NCBI GenBank assembly: GCA_040954595.2
Contig: CM082591.2
Span: forward strand, 9,227,612-9,291,611
Length of the DNA stretch: 64,000 bases
Reading direction: 5' to 3'
DNA from: Balanoglossus misakiensis
Lineage: Eukaryota > Animalia > Hemichordata
Translations under genes and position numbers: made by a program
Notes under the pieces: generated by a model
Told to the model about the DNA's origin: nothing
The model's input: the letters and a program-made list of their open reading frames with translations, nothing else
Databases searched by the model: none
Shown: in pieces, positions 12,581-24,500 of the stretch
How the letters are laid out: every line of letters begins with the position of its first letter
Numbering within the stretch: the first letter of the stretch is position 1

Positions 12581-15500
12581 ATCGCCACAGGCACAGTCAA
12601 CGAGCTTGAACTACTCACAGAAACTTCACCGCATGGCGAAGACGAGCTCCCAGACCACTTGAGGGAATTGTCAGAAAAATCAGCAGCCAATCTGACGGAG
12701 AAACAGTCCCATGAAATGAAAGAGCTACTTATCGAGTTCCAGGATGTCTTTGCTGCAAATGAATATGACCTGGGGAACTTCACAGCCCTTGCGCACAGTA
12801 TCGATACAGGGGACGCGCGACCAGTGAAGCAGAGGATGCGCCGAACCCCACTACGCTTCGCGGGGGAGGAGGAGGTCCACCTCAAGAAAATGCTGCGGTC
12901 AGGGGTAATCCAACCTTCAACATCGGAATGGGCTTCGACACCAGTATTGGTAAGGAAGAGGGACGGGACAGTCCGCTGGTGCGTGGACTATCAGTCGCTG
13001 AACAATGTGATCGGAAAAGACGTATTCCCCTTGCCGCTGATAGAGGACTGCATGGACACGCTGGCCGGGAACGAGTGGTTCTCGAAACTAGATGCCAATT
13101 CAGCGTACTGGCAAATACAAGAGGACAAAGAGGACCGCAAGAAGACTGCCTTTACCACAAAGTACGGGCTGTATGAATTCGCCCGTATGCCCTTCGCCCT
13201 GTGCAACACCCCTGCCACATACTCGCGAGCCATGAATCTGGTGCTGCGTGGGCTGACATGGGAGGTAGTACTAGCATTTTTAGACGACATCATGGTACTT
13301 GGGGCGGACTTTGCAAACCATCTCCAGAATCTGTGAGACGTGTTCACCCGGATCCGGGAATACAGGTTGAAACTACGCCCCCGCAAGTGTGAACTGTTTC
13401 AGACAGAGGTGGAGTTCCTGGGGCGGATTGTCCGCAAAGGAACCATAGGACTGGACCCGCGTTCCGTTGACGTGGTACGCAACTGGCCGACACCAAAAAA
13501 CACCAAGGAGGTGGAACTTTTCGCAGGGTTAGCCAATTATCACTGCTCGTTTATAAAGGATCACACCAAGTTGGCCGCCCCGCTGTACGCAGTTACGGGG
13601 AAAAAGCCTTTCAAGTGGGGCGGAGAGCAACGGCTGGCCTTCGAGGCGCTAAAAGATTGCTTAACATCGGCGCCGGTACTCACGTTACCGAACCCAAAAG
13701 ACCTGTTCACATTGGACATGGACGCATCAGACATTGCCGTGGGAGCGGAACTTCTCCAGGTGCAGGATGGAGAAGAACGAGTGAGCGCATACGCCAGCTT
13801 CGCATTAACACCCGAACAAACAAGGTACTGCACGACCCGAAAAGAACTCCTAGCGGTAGTACGATTTACCCGGTTATTCCGACACTACTTGCTGGGGAAC
13901 CATTTCATAAAACGGACCGACCACAGCAGTCTGGCCTGGCTGCTGAGGTTTAAAGCGCCCCAAGGACAATTGGCCCGGTGGTTGGAAGAACTTAGCCAGT
14001 ACAACATGACGTCTCAGCATAGGCCGGGGAACAAACACCTCAACGCGGATGCCCTATCCAGAATTGAACCGCAGGGACACTACCGCCACAGCGTTACGCC
14101 GGACGAACTTCCCTGCGGCGGATGTGACTATTGCCAACGAGCGCACAGAAATTGGGGAGACTTCGTCACCGGGGTAGACGAAGTAATACCGTTAGCCTCA
14201 CAACCATCCAATGACATTAGGCAAGACGTCTGCACGGTAAACTTAGGCAGCGAAGAAGACGAAGCGAGTGACCACCTCGCAGACCCCCCAGAGGACCCAG
14301 GAGAAGGATTCGATTTCGACGAAATACTAAAGTCAATCGGAATAGACTCCATGGGAGAGGACACCTCCTTCAGTGAAGATACACAGGCGGAATAGGAGGA
14401 CCCCAAGGTATGCACGGTGACCAGGAGCAGCTCGCCAGAGACCGACACGCCGTGGCGAGAAACCTTGGAAACGATACACCGGCAACAGCAGGAGGATGCC
14501 GATCTACGGCCGATACTGGAATAGCTAGATACTGGTCAAACCCCCGCGGAAAGCGCCTTGGCACTACTCAGCACCGCCGCAAAACATGCCTGGATAAACC
14601 GCGAGATATATTATGTGGACCCGAAGATGCCAGTACTCCAGAGGAAATCCGAGGACGGGGGCGAAGGAAAACTGGTTATCCCCAGAACAATGATATCGGA
14701 AGTAATCGAACTGAACCATGCGATCCCCTCAGTGGGACATCAGGGCGTGCAACGGACGCTGGCCAGACTCCAAATGAAGTACCACTGGCATCGGATGGCA
14801 GATGATGTACGCAGCTACGTAGCCTCGTGCCACGACTGCAACAAGCACAAGAAACCACAGCGACATGCGAGGTGCCCTCTGACGCGATACCACGTGGGAT
14901 CACCTATGGAAAGGGTACATCTGGACTTCCTTGGACCACTGCCCCGGACACCCCGAAAAAACGAATATATCCTAGTCATGGTCGACCAATTCACCAAGTG
15001 GGTAGAGTGCATTCCACTGCCTACCCAAATGGCAGAGGCAACCGCTAAGGCAGCTGTAGGGGAATTCTTTTCTCGATTCGGATGCCCATTCGAGTTATTC
15101 ACAGATAGAGGCAGTAATTTCGAAAGTCAGCTGTTCCAGTCGGTATGCGAATTGCTCCAAATACACAAGGCTAGAACCACGCCGTACCGCCCGTCCGCGA
15201 ACAGCCAGATGGAGCAACAAAACCAGACCCTCATGGATACAAACAGAACGAGTGGGACAAATTCCTACCCCAAATCGCCGGAGCCATTCGGACCTCCGTA
15301 AACAGAAATACTGGATTCACACCTAATTGCCTTATGCTGGGGCGGGAAGTGAACCAACCGGCCGACCTGGTCTTCGGGAAACCAACGCCAGCCCAAGACC
15401 ATGAAGAATATGTGAGCAGCCTGGGGAGCGCCATCAAAGAAGCCCATGACCTCGCTCGGGAAAAACTGCAGGTCACCCAGGAAAGAATGAAGCCGGACTA

Positions 15501-15966
15501 CGACTTGAAGGCCCGACTCCGTTCATATGAAGTCGGAGATCTCGTCTACCTTCTGGACTCGGCGACGGTGAGAGGGAAATGTAAAAAACTGAGCCCCCCA
15601 TGGAAAGGACCAGGAATAGTGATAGCGAAATTATCGCCATATTTGTACCGAGTGAAACTTCCGAGACGCATCGCCACCGCGAACCACGACAGAATAAGGT
15701 TGTGTAGGGAAGCGCAACTGCCCAGCTGGATAGTTAAATTCAAGAGGTCACTGCCCCTAAAGGGTGGGGATCCTGATCCGCAGGACAAAAACCGGGAACA
15801 GACCTACTGTATCTGCCGTGGGCCGGACACGGGGAAGCTGATGGTCCAGTGTGACAACTGTTACGACTGGTTCCACAGCACATGCGTCAATCTCACCCAA
15901 AAGCAGGTCAACTCGACTGATCCCTTCCACTGTCCGAACTGCGAGGGGGAGGGGATCGACGATTAA
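12581..15966 (+). pseudogene. pol: Gypsy pol: RT, RNase H, integrase (HHCC, DDE, GPY/F) and C-terminal PHD finger
   Basis: VRWCVDY, LDANSAYWQ, MPFAL, FLDD; DASD, KELLAVV, TDHSSL, NADALSR; H..GH..CHDC, HLDFLGP, TDRGSNF, WKGP. Stops at 13334, 14393, 14522; frameshift ~15240. Confidence 0.95.
15805..15942 (+). other. PHD finger (C4HC3) at the integrase C-terminus
   Basis: YCICRGPDTGKLMVQCDNCYDWFHSTCVNL...FHCPNC: all 8 Zn ligands plus the Y, M, W cage residues. Confidence 0.92.
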
Positions 15967-16030
15967 GGGAACACAAGGAAAAGGGGAAAATGCCATCGGG
16001 TAGGGCTATGACTCGTCACAGGCAAGGACC

Positions 16031-16070
16031 CACTAACCGTTAATTTTCTTTCTTTTCTTTTTGTCCCCAG
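16031..16070 (+). promoter_or_regulatory. Splice acceptor (branch point, polypyrimidine tract, CAG) just upstream of the accessory ORF
   Basis: CACTAAC..TTTTCTTTCTTTTCTTTTTGTCCCCAG|AATG. Confidence 0.7.
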
Positions 16071-17167
16071 AATGGATTCCAGACAACTCGAATTAGAGGA
16101 GATTCGCTATCGCTGCGGCCGAGGGAAACTGTTGGACCCCATCAGTGTCATCCCCCGACTGAGGCAACTTGGTGTAGACGAGGATACAATGTTCCTGATG
16201 CTCCGTGAGAACTGTCAAGTAGCCACGGTTCTAGGCGACATAGGATGGATGTCCACGGTACGGGAGGAGGCCATGCATGTATACGGGAAGGAAAAGACCG
16301 AAGCCAACCTGCCCGTACCATCCGACGCAGCCATAAAAACCCGCACACTACCTCGGGAGTTCAATCCAGGCCACGTACGTGGGGGATTCGTTGGCCATAT
16401 CTCCCCGCAAGAGCCCACAAGAACCACCACCGCAGCTGACAACCTGGAGGAAACTTTGAGCACCTTCCGGGATCCGCAGCTGGAATAACAGGTACTCGGT
16501 GGCGACAAGGACCAGGCGATGGAGGTGTCGGAAGGGCCAGACCCACCCCGCACCCGTGTATCACCCTCAATAGTCAGGTGGAGATTTGAGAAATTGTGAC
16601 CCCCTCTGGCATTTTTTGGTACAAGCAAACCAAATATGTTTTTTGGTCAATTCGACTACGCTGATTTCGAAAATGCCTGTTCCCAAATGATCTTTTTGAG
16701 ATAAGAGCCTCGTTTTGGCTAATCAAATATGGCCGCCAAGGATCGCAATTCTCACATGAATAGCATCAAAGAAATGTTCATGTACCTCCTTAAACAATGA
16801 AACTAAACTACATGTTTACATCAACAACTTTTTTTGGTTGTATAAACACAAAATAGCAACAATAAAACAATAATTATGCAAAAATTTGCATATTGTATGA
16901 ATAATTCGTTGATTTTTGGCTACCAAATAATAATAAAGCTAGGTGTAACAGTACATGTACTGAAAACTCACAAGCATTGGAAAAAATTAACTTTTCTTAA
17001 TTTTAATAAAGGACTTAAACCTTGTTCAAAACAATACTTCAAGTGTGAAGTTCATTTTGAGATAAGAGCCTCGATGTGGCAATTCAATATGGCCGTCTAA
17101 AGCCCTGTAGTGGAGCGGCCAAACCCTAATTTTCATAGCGATTGTGCATTTTGTGATAAAAGCACCA

Positions 17168-19339
17168 AACTTGGCTCAAATGTGTGTTAATGTGTACTAA
17201 ACAAATTCAGATAGGGAGCCACTAAATATCTGTTGATGAGTTTCCATGGCAACCAATTTTTCAAAATGGCCACCAATACAGATAATTTCACCCACCAAAA
17301 AACATCTGTAAACACCAAAATAAATTTAGATTACTATATTTGATACAAGGAACTGTGGAAAGAATGATTTGCAAAGATATTATGGTTACTAAACTACTTA
17401 TAGGGGTAAGTAAGTTATCAAAACACAATTTAAAGGCACAACTTTTAATCCCTTTCGGATTAATAGGTGCTCCTCTAGAAGTCAAACCATACTGTCTATG
17501 GTCAAACATTAGGCTAATTGCGATATTTAACTTGCAGTACGTAAATTACACACATGAATCACAACAGTTTACCACCTTAGCTAATGATAATCATATAAAC
17601 AGATCACCGATATATTCGAATTGCACACAGATGTGGGCTTGGCTTACTCGTGACTGGTAAAATTTCCTTATCAACTGGATAGGAGAGTCCACTGCCCGAA
17701 ATAGACGTTGATCCAAACTGAGTCCGCGGTCGTCACGTTTATTGGTCGACAGACATACACATAGGGTCTCAAACGCAATGCAATCTAAATGGACCCCGGG
17801 TAACGAAACATGCGAAAATGTCTGCTTTGTTTCGACCACAATCGCCACCGCAGCGTTGACAAAGTTTTTTCGGGACGTTAATGTTTGTCAAAATGCCATA
17901 GGAAATTAAAGAAACTTAAGTCAAATTGCTGAAACGTTAATAATCGACCATATGTCTTGATACTTTAGATCATGTATCAGTTCCACTCCAGCAATTTTGG
18001 CGACTGTTAACAGAGTTGACCAAAAGATAAATGGTGTCTATGATTCCAAACTCATAAAAATTACACCGGAGGACACAACATTATTTTATTTGTCGAGAAT
18101 AGTGTTCATCATGCCATAAATATTGTCAAAAATGTGTGTTAATTATAGAAACCCAACTAAATATACAAGCAGTTGGCCTTTAGATTGGTAAATGGAAAAA
18201 CAGGTCTTATTGCAATTTTCTGGGATTAGGTGCCCCAAGGCTCCCAACAAGTCACTTGGAATGTACTTCCATTCTAATATCTCAATGTGTAAAGATCTGA
18301 CTTTGCAAGAGATATTACGGAAAACTTCATTTCATTTAATAGTATGAAGTAAGCGAAATCTTACTCTTTACAGAAAAGCTGTGATCCTGAAGACTTTTGG
18401 TGTTTTGAAGCTTATTTTCACTTTATCATTTTATTCTTTGATTTTGGGGATTCAAAAATACACAAAATAACATGTCAAAATAGAACTGCTGACTATCATC
18501 AAGGTGCGATTAAAATTATCGATAGCATGAGCAATACAAAGCACTTCAAGCGACTTCATCAAAACGCTTTCCGAAGGACAAGTATTGGATGAAAAGTTTG
18601 AAACAGATTTTGATTTTGATTCCTAACATCTATCTATGTACATGCACCCTAGACATAGTTTGTTTCTATAGTAACTTTAACAAACCAATCGACTGTCATG
18701 ATACTGGCTTTCTGCCACCATTTTATGGGGAAGTGATTCTTTATTTGCATGAATCATTTGATGAAGATAAAATAGAAAAGCTGGATTCTGCACTGATTCA
18801 AACTGGTCAGATCAATTTATAAGGTTGAGAAACAAGATGCCGTTTTTTCCTGGGTTGACTGAATTTGGAATTTTGTTCATCAAAGATATTTTTATGGGGA
18901 AAATAACGAATCAACTGAGCTTTACTTGTTAAACTTTTATCACAAAATGCCCAAATGTTACGAAAATTGTGTTTATGCCAGGCCACTATTATAATATATA
19001 TATGGTTATACAGTGTTTTAACTAAGTTTGTTATAACCGGGGTTATTACCAAACTTGAATTTCTTTAGCGAGTGAATCTCGATCCTATATTTACCCCTAT
19101 AACTAGTTTAGTGATGATATATATTTTGAAAATTACTCTTTGAGCAGTTTCTTGTTTCAAATATTGTAATATGAATTTATTGTGGTGTTTTATAATTGTT
19201 ATTTTGTGGGTGAGATTATCTGTATTGGCGGCCATTTTGAAAAAAATGAAAAAATGGTTGCCATGGAAACACATCAACAGATATTGTGGCTCGCTATCTG
19301 AATTTGTTTAGTACACATTAACGCACATCTGAGCCAAGT
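17168..19339. repeat. Internal inverted repeat pair (~17168-17410 vs ~19085-19339) inside the Academ element
   Basis: CTTGGCTCAAATGTGTGTTAATGTGTACTAAACAAATTCAGATAG pairs with CTATCTGAATTTGTTTAGTACACATTAACGCACATCTGAGCCAAG. Confidence 0.8.
18170..18820 (+). pseudogene. Decayed L1/Tx1-clade LINE ORF2 fragment (region C-terminal to RT)
   Basis: Manual translation: GIRCPKAPNKSLGMYF..*SKRNLTLYRKAVILKTFGVLKLIF..DYHQGAIKIID..LPPFYGEVI, resembling L1/Tx1 motifs. Confidence 0.65.
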
Positions 19340-21547
19340 ACGACACCCAAGTGGATTAAACATACATGTATATATGTTGCCTCACTGACACAATCTTCAC
19401 TTTGCACACAGTATCATATATAAAAACGTAATAAAAATACACATTACTCTTTACTTATGAAGAGAAATTGTTGTTAGAGACCGGGTTTCAAAAAAACACC
19501 GAGGACGTCGGGCCATCAGTGTGCATTCAACGTCTTATAACTAAGCATGAATATACGGTGCTGGCATAATGTGAGTGCGGCCATACGATGCTTTCGCTAT
19601 TAATGAACAACTTGTACGTTAACAAATGCCAGTTTTGTTGGCAAAAAGTATGTTTTTGGCTTTTCACAACATTGAACATACATTTATAGTTGAATAACTT
19701 GTGAATTGTGGACCTAAACGTTCATACGTTCAATGTTCTGGTGTTTTTTAACGGAGCGATCGGTCACGATGTTACCAACGAGCATGTACAGTCTAAACTA
19801 AATCCTCGTTGTGTATGTTTATTTGTTGTTTTTTGTTGTTACATACAAATATGAAAAGTTTCATTTCAGTTATTCATTAAAATGCAAACATTTGCCAAAA
19901 AACGTGAATAGACACCTCACAGGCCATAGTCGTATCATTAGCTTTCAGTTGTCAATTTTAGCATGACATCATGACTAATTAAGCTAATTTTGCATATTTT
20001 CCATGCTGCACCTTGTCTGACAAGGTAAAGGATTGCATATTTGAATTCCTTGACCCTGAAAACATTGGAATAGACACCTCACTTAACACCGTTGGCTCTC
20101 TTTTGTAGACCATTGATTTTAGATGGGCGTGTCACCTAATTAACATAAATTAGCATTTTTACCAATTCACCAAATGTTTCTAAATTAAAAAAATTGTGTA
20201 AAAATATTTAAATTATATAAGAATATGATTTCAATAGACTATTATGGTGTTGACCTGTGATATTGCACCATAATGGCTACAAACAGCGTTTTCTTTTAGG
20301 TATTTTGAAATTATGACGTCACAAATTAATTTGCCATTTTCGACATGAAAACGTGAAAAGAATTTTTGGCAACAGGCAAATTCGAAATCAGCGTATTCGA
20401 AATATCCAAAAACAACTTGTTCCCAGCTTGTACCAAAAAATGCCTGACATGCTTTTAAAATGCTCATTTTCTGAAATTTCCACCTGACTACAATAGCAGT
20501 AGCGAGAGACGGGGGAAACCAACGGCTGCTGCAGGAGCCATCACCCCCACACCAAGAAACGCTGCCGCTGCAGTCACTGATCCGGCCATTGGAGCTGGAG
20601 GCGACGTTGGAGGCGGGGGAATATCTAATCCCCTGGGAACTTCGACGCCAACCCGGCAGCCCTACTAGGTCCAGATCCCCAACCCGGTCGCCGCGACCGG
20701 AGCGTTCTCGAGAGGAAAGGCGGGACCGCCCACCTTCCCGTGAACGACCATCCTTTTCACGCTGGGGAGATCTCAGCCCCAGACGTCGATCACCTATCCA
20801 GTATCCGACGCCGGAACCGCCCAAAGAAGACGAACGCCGCTGGAGGAGCGCCAGGCCGGCCCGAAGGAGCCCCCCATCCTCTGTTCCACATTACTCATCA
20901 GGCCCTTCTCCATGTCCGTTCCCGGGATGCCGGAGGTCCACGCGCAAACTGAAGAAACACGCCTTTCAGTGCCACCTTCCAGTTATTTTTACTGAGAAGC
21001 CGGTAGTATTCCGCGAGCGGGACGCGGTGGAGGCGTTATAGAAACTCCCCTATACTGGCTGTGTGGTCCAGGAAAAGAAATACCCGACCTGCTAGACTTC
21101 TTTATCCGCAGGGGCGGACCTGGACGGATCCCTACGGAATCCTTTTGTTCACCGGAGTCCGTGGTGATGATGAAGCGCCTGTGCGTCTTCCAGGGGTGGG
21201 AAGTGCCGAACAGGTTCCGACTGAGCTCCCCCACCACACCAGCGATTCTCATCCACTGGCGTGTCCTTAGCATACTGCTGAGGTGGGTATCCCAATCACG
21301 ACAGGAAGAATTTCGGGAAATCCGACCTCACCGGAGAACATCATCAATCTGGACACAGCAACCAGAGAGGACGGGGGCGGAAGCAGTCGCACAGAATCCA
21401 TCGACGCAGGGGGAGCGAGGACGCGCCAGGGGTTTTTGATGCATTTTTTAACCCCCAAGCGTGCGCGGAGGAGTGCCGAGTGGAAGACGCGCCCACCACC
21501 ATAGATGACCTCACTGACTACGATGTTGGTGTCCCCCCCCCCCGGCA

Positions 21548-24500
21548 TGTTTAAAGGTTTCTATAGAATAGCATTGTTGAGGTTCACAAAACTTTGAAGA
21601 AGCTTTGCAACCCTAACTTTGGCCAAAGATTTGAATGTTAAGGTTTCCCAAACGTAGTTACAGCTGAGGTTCAACTAAGACTAGTATAAGAGGCTTCAGC
21701 ACGCCAAGTCTTGTAGCAAGCTTCAACACAAAGCTTATTTGCAACATTGTTCCAAGCATTGTCAAAGGTACTGCACAATGTGTAGTGCTATATTGTCAGC
21801 TAAATGGTTTGAGCCATTTGTCCTTACAACAACAACTGTTAAAGACACACAGCTTGAAATTGTAAAATGTTGCGAAATCAAACGATCACATCCTTACACC
21901 TATTATTAGAACCAGAAGTTGAGTCAAAATTTTCCTACCTAGAAATGTTCTTTCCTATGAAGTTTTTTGCTTATTGGCATTCATATGGGAGCCTGGACCT
22001 ATTCCAGCTGAGTTGCCAAAATGGCAATGTTGGACAATTCTTCTAATATGCATGATCAAAAATGGCCGCCAAATACCTTCTCTAAAATAAAACTTGGCCC
22101 TTTTTTCTCAAAATTATGTGTAATATCTAAAATTTCAGGATTTGCATCCATATTGGTTATGTATTGCAAATATGGCAGTGTTTGGCAACTTTTCTAATTT
22201 GCATAATCAAAAATGGCCGCCAATCACCACTAAAAGTGAAATTTTGCCATGTTTCCCAAAATGATGCGCAATATCGTATTTTCAGGATTAGCACATTCAT
22301 ATGGGTACCTTTAACAATACAACTGTGTTGCAAATTTGGCAGTGTTACCGTACTAATCATGAAGCAAGGAAGTGCAACCTCTGTATCCCAAATATATGTC
22401 TATCCCCACTGATAGGAGTCACAAAGAGCCAGCCCCTCTGCATCATCCTGTTCCTCAATCTCACGATGGAATCCTTTTCAGAATTCCGACCTCAAAACAT
22501 CCAGGGATTCACCATCATTCACCACACCCTCGTCAGTATCCACCATGTTTAGATCCAATGCCTGAACATGTTGTCTCTTTATCTATGGATTGCGTTAAAG
22601 GCCAGTGGGAGTTTCATCTCCTTTTTTTTGCAATTTTGACCATTTTTATCTGGTGCATAATGCTAGAGTACATATCATCCATACAGGATGATGCATGTAC
22701 AGTGATGGGAAATGTATCAATCCACTCCTGCACTAGATTTGCAGACAGTGCCATACCTTTTAGGGCTATTTTCTTGACCCTTTTGATAGTCTGCTGGCCA
22801 AAAGTGGCTGGCCAAAGTGGCCAGCAGAGACATTCTTCCAATACCCTTCATAGTGCCAAAAGACAAGGCTTGGCATACAACCTGTGTTGCTTGTAAGGCA
22901 CACATCTCCAATTGGTACATTGGGCCAATTATACTGTACATGTACAGCTAGGAAAAAAATATACTTCATCATAGTTTCCATGGTCAGCAGCTTCGATAAC
23001 TTGTTGCCTTCTCTTACTGAACATTTAGACTTATAAAGAAGTATAACAAGAATAAAGTTGTCCAATTAGTGTTGGCAGGGGGGTGGGGGATGTGTTCTCC
23101 CATACAAAGGTGTATAGGCATGTAGTCTTTAAGAAAAACTTGGGGTAAATGACCAGAAAATTTGACTTATAATACAAATAGGTCGGGTTTTGGGCATTTA
23201 CACGTGTTGATGTTATCGACTGGGGCGACAGACTACCATCCGAAACATTTTGAAGTACCCCCCCCCCCCCTTGGGTGCCGGCCAGCGGGATGGAGGTGAT
23301 AGAAACTGTTGCAGATACAATAGAGGCCTACAACCTGAAAACCTTCTGGCTTTAACCGAGGACTTGCCATTACAGATACCTGTAGGCCCCTATATTGTGC
23401 TCCCACATACACTCCCAGTCCTAAACCTTGCATCTGATTTGTGGTGCAGATGAAGAATTAAGATTGGCTTGACAATTAGCACACTTAATTGCCTGTTATG
23501 AGATATAATACATACAATCATGGGACAAGAATGGCAAAAGTTAAATTATCCAGCAGGTGTTTGAATTATGCAAATTAGAGCAGTTGTCTAATATTGCCAT
23601 GTCAACCATGTTGAAATTGTTTTAGGTACCCATATTAATGGAAACCCTGCAAATTTGATATTACACACCATTTAAGACAAATATGGGAAATTAACATGTT
23701 AGAGAAATTTGGCGGCCATTTTGGATTATGCAAATTAGAACAGTTGTCTAATATTTCCATGTCAACCATGTTGAAATTGTTTTAGGTACCCAGGAGAGTT
23801 GAATGAAAATGCCATTTGCAATGCAGTTGTCTTGTTTTGGGTGCCCATATTAAGGCATTCTTGAAAACAAAACATTATTCATCATTTTGACGCAAACAGA
23901 AAAGGTGTTCAAATGCAAATTAGAAGAGTTGCCCAACCCTGCCATATTTGCAATACAGTTGTAGTGACTGTCAACTCGACTACAGACAGTCTCGATGAAC
24001 ACAAGACATGATCCCAATTTGCAAGCTGAGTTGAAACTGACTGCTGCAGTAACTTAGCTGTGGGAATGTCTTGTGTGATTTAAAACAATGATGACCAAAT
24101 TTAACACAGTTTCTCTGAGGTAACCATTTAGCTTTCGTGACTAAGTTTGTTTAAGAATCCTTTATTCTACCCAAGGAACAAATTTCCTTAGAATTTCACA
24201 ACTGAGACACAGTTTACAGATATACAAAAAGTGCGTACTACAAACATAAGAAATTGTTTGCATTTTTTTCTTCTGATGGCAATGCATTTGACTGTTAACA
24301 GACATTGACGTCCTTTAGTAAGGGACTGTTCAGTTTTGGTGGAGGGGGGGGGGCAAAAGTTTGTGTCATTGGTTTTCAAAATCAGGCCGACACCCCCTTC
24401 AACCAGGACCAAAAAAATGATGACCCCCCCCCCCTTTTGACAGGACCAAAATATGATGACCCTCCTCCCACCCCGAAAACATTCGCCATCCTTATCTTAT

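Larger units (their letters stand above)
16571..20490. mobile_element. Academ-like non-autonomous DNA transposon (3.9 kb)
   Basis: TAGTCAGGTGGA...TCCACCTGACTA termini, imperfect ~130-bp TIR, 3-bp TSD CAA. TAG..CTA ends with a 3-bp TSD fit Academ. Confidence 0.75.
6928..21545 (+). mobile_element. Ty3/Gypsy LTR retrotransposon internal region, truncated at both ends (no LTRs or gag seen), interrupted by DIRS and Academ insertions
   Basis: Domain order PR-RT-RH-IN. GC-rich coding sequence resumes in frame on both sides of each insertion. Confidence 0.9.
16072..21545 (+). pseudogene. Gypsy 3' accessory ORF (16072-16570 + 20494-21545): RS/P-rich region, C2H2 finger, LIHWR domain, possible start of a TatD-like domain
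   Basis: Removing the Academ element and one CAA joins the 16072 frame to ORF 20589 in frame. CPFPGC..KKHAFQCHLP; PAILIHWRVL; VFDAFFN..TIDDLTDY..VGVPP. One stop (16486) and frameshifts (~21035, ~21400). Confidence 0.65.

Noticed and set aside
16072-16488. env gene
   Set aside because: No signal peptide, furin site or TM helix.
8810-16628. Long antisense or alternate-frame ORFs over DIRS and Gypsy
   Set aside because: Shadows of GC-rich coding sequence with no motifs.
21530-21560. Gypsy 3' LTR/PPT, or a TSD for the giant IR
   Set aside because: Sequence switches at a poly-C run with no LTR or matching TSD; more likely a deletion junction.
22372-23065. ORFs with similar translations at 49917-50221
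   Set aside because: Consequence of the inverted repeat; frames are not conserved and no domain is recognisable.
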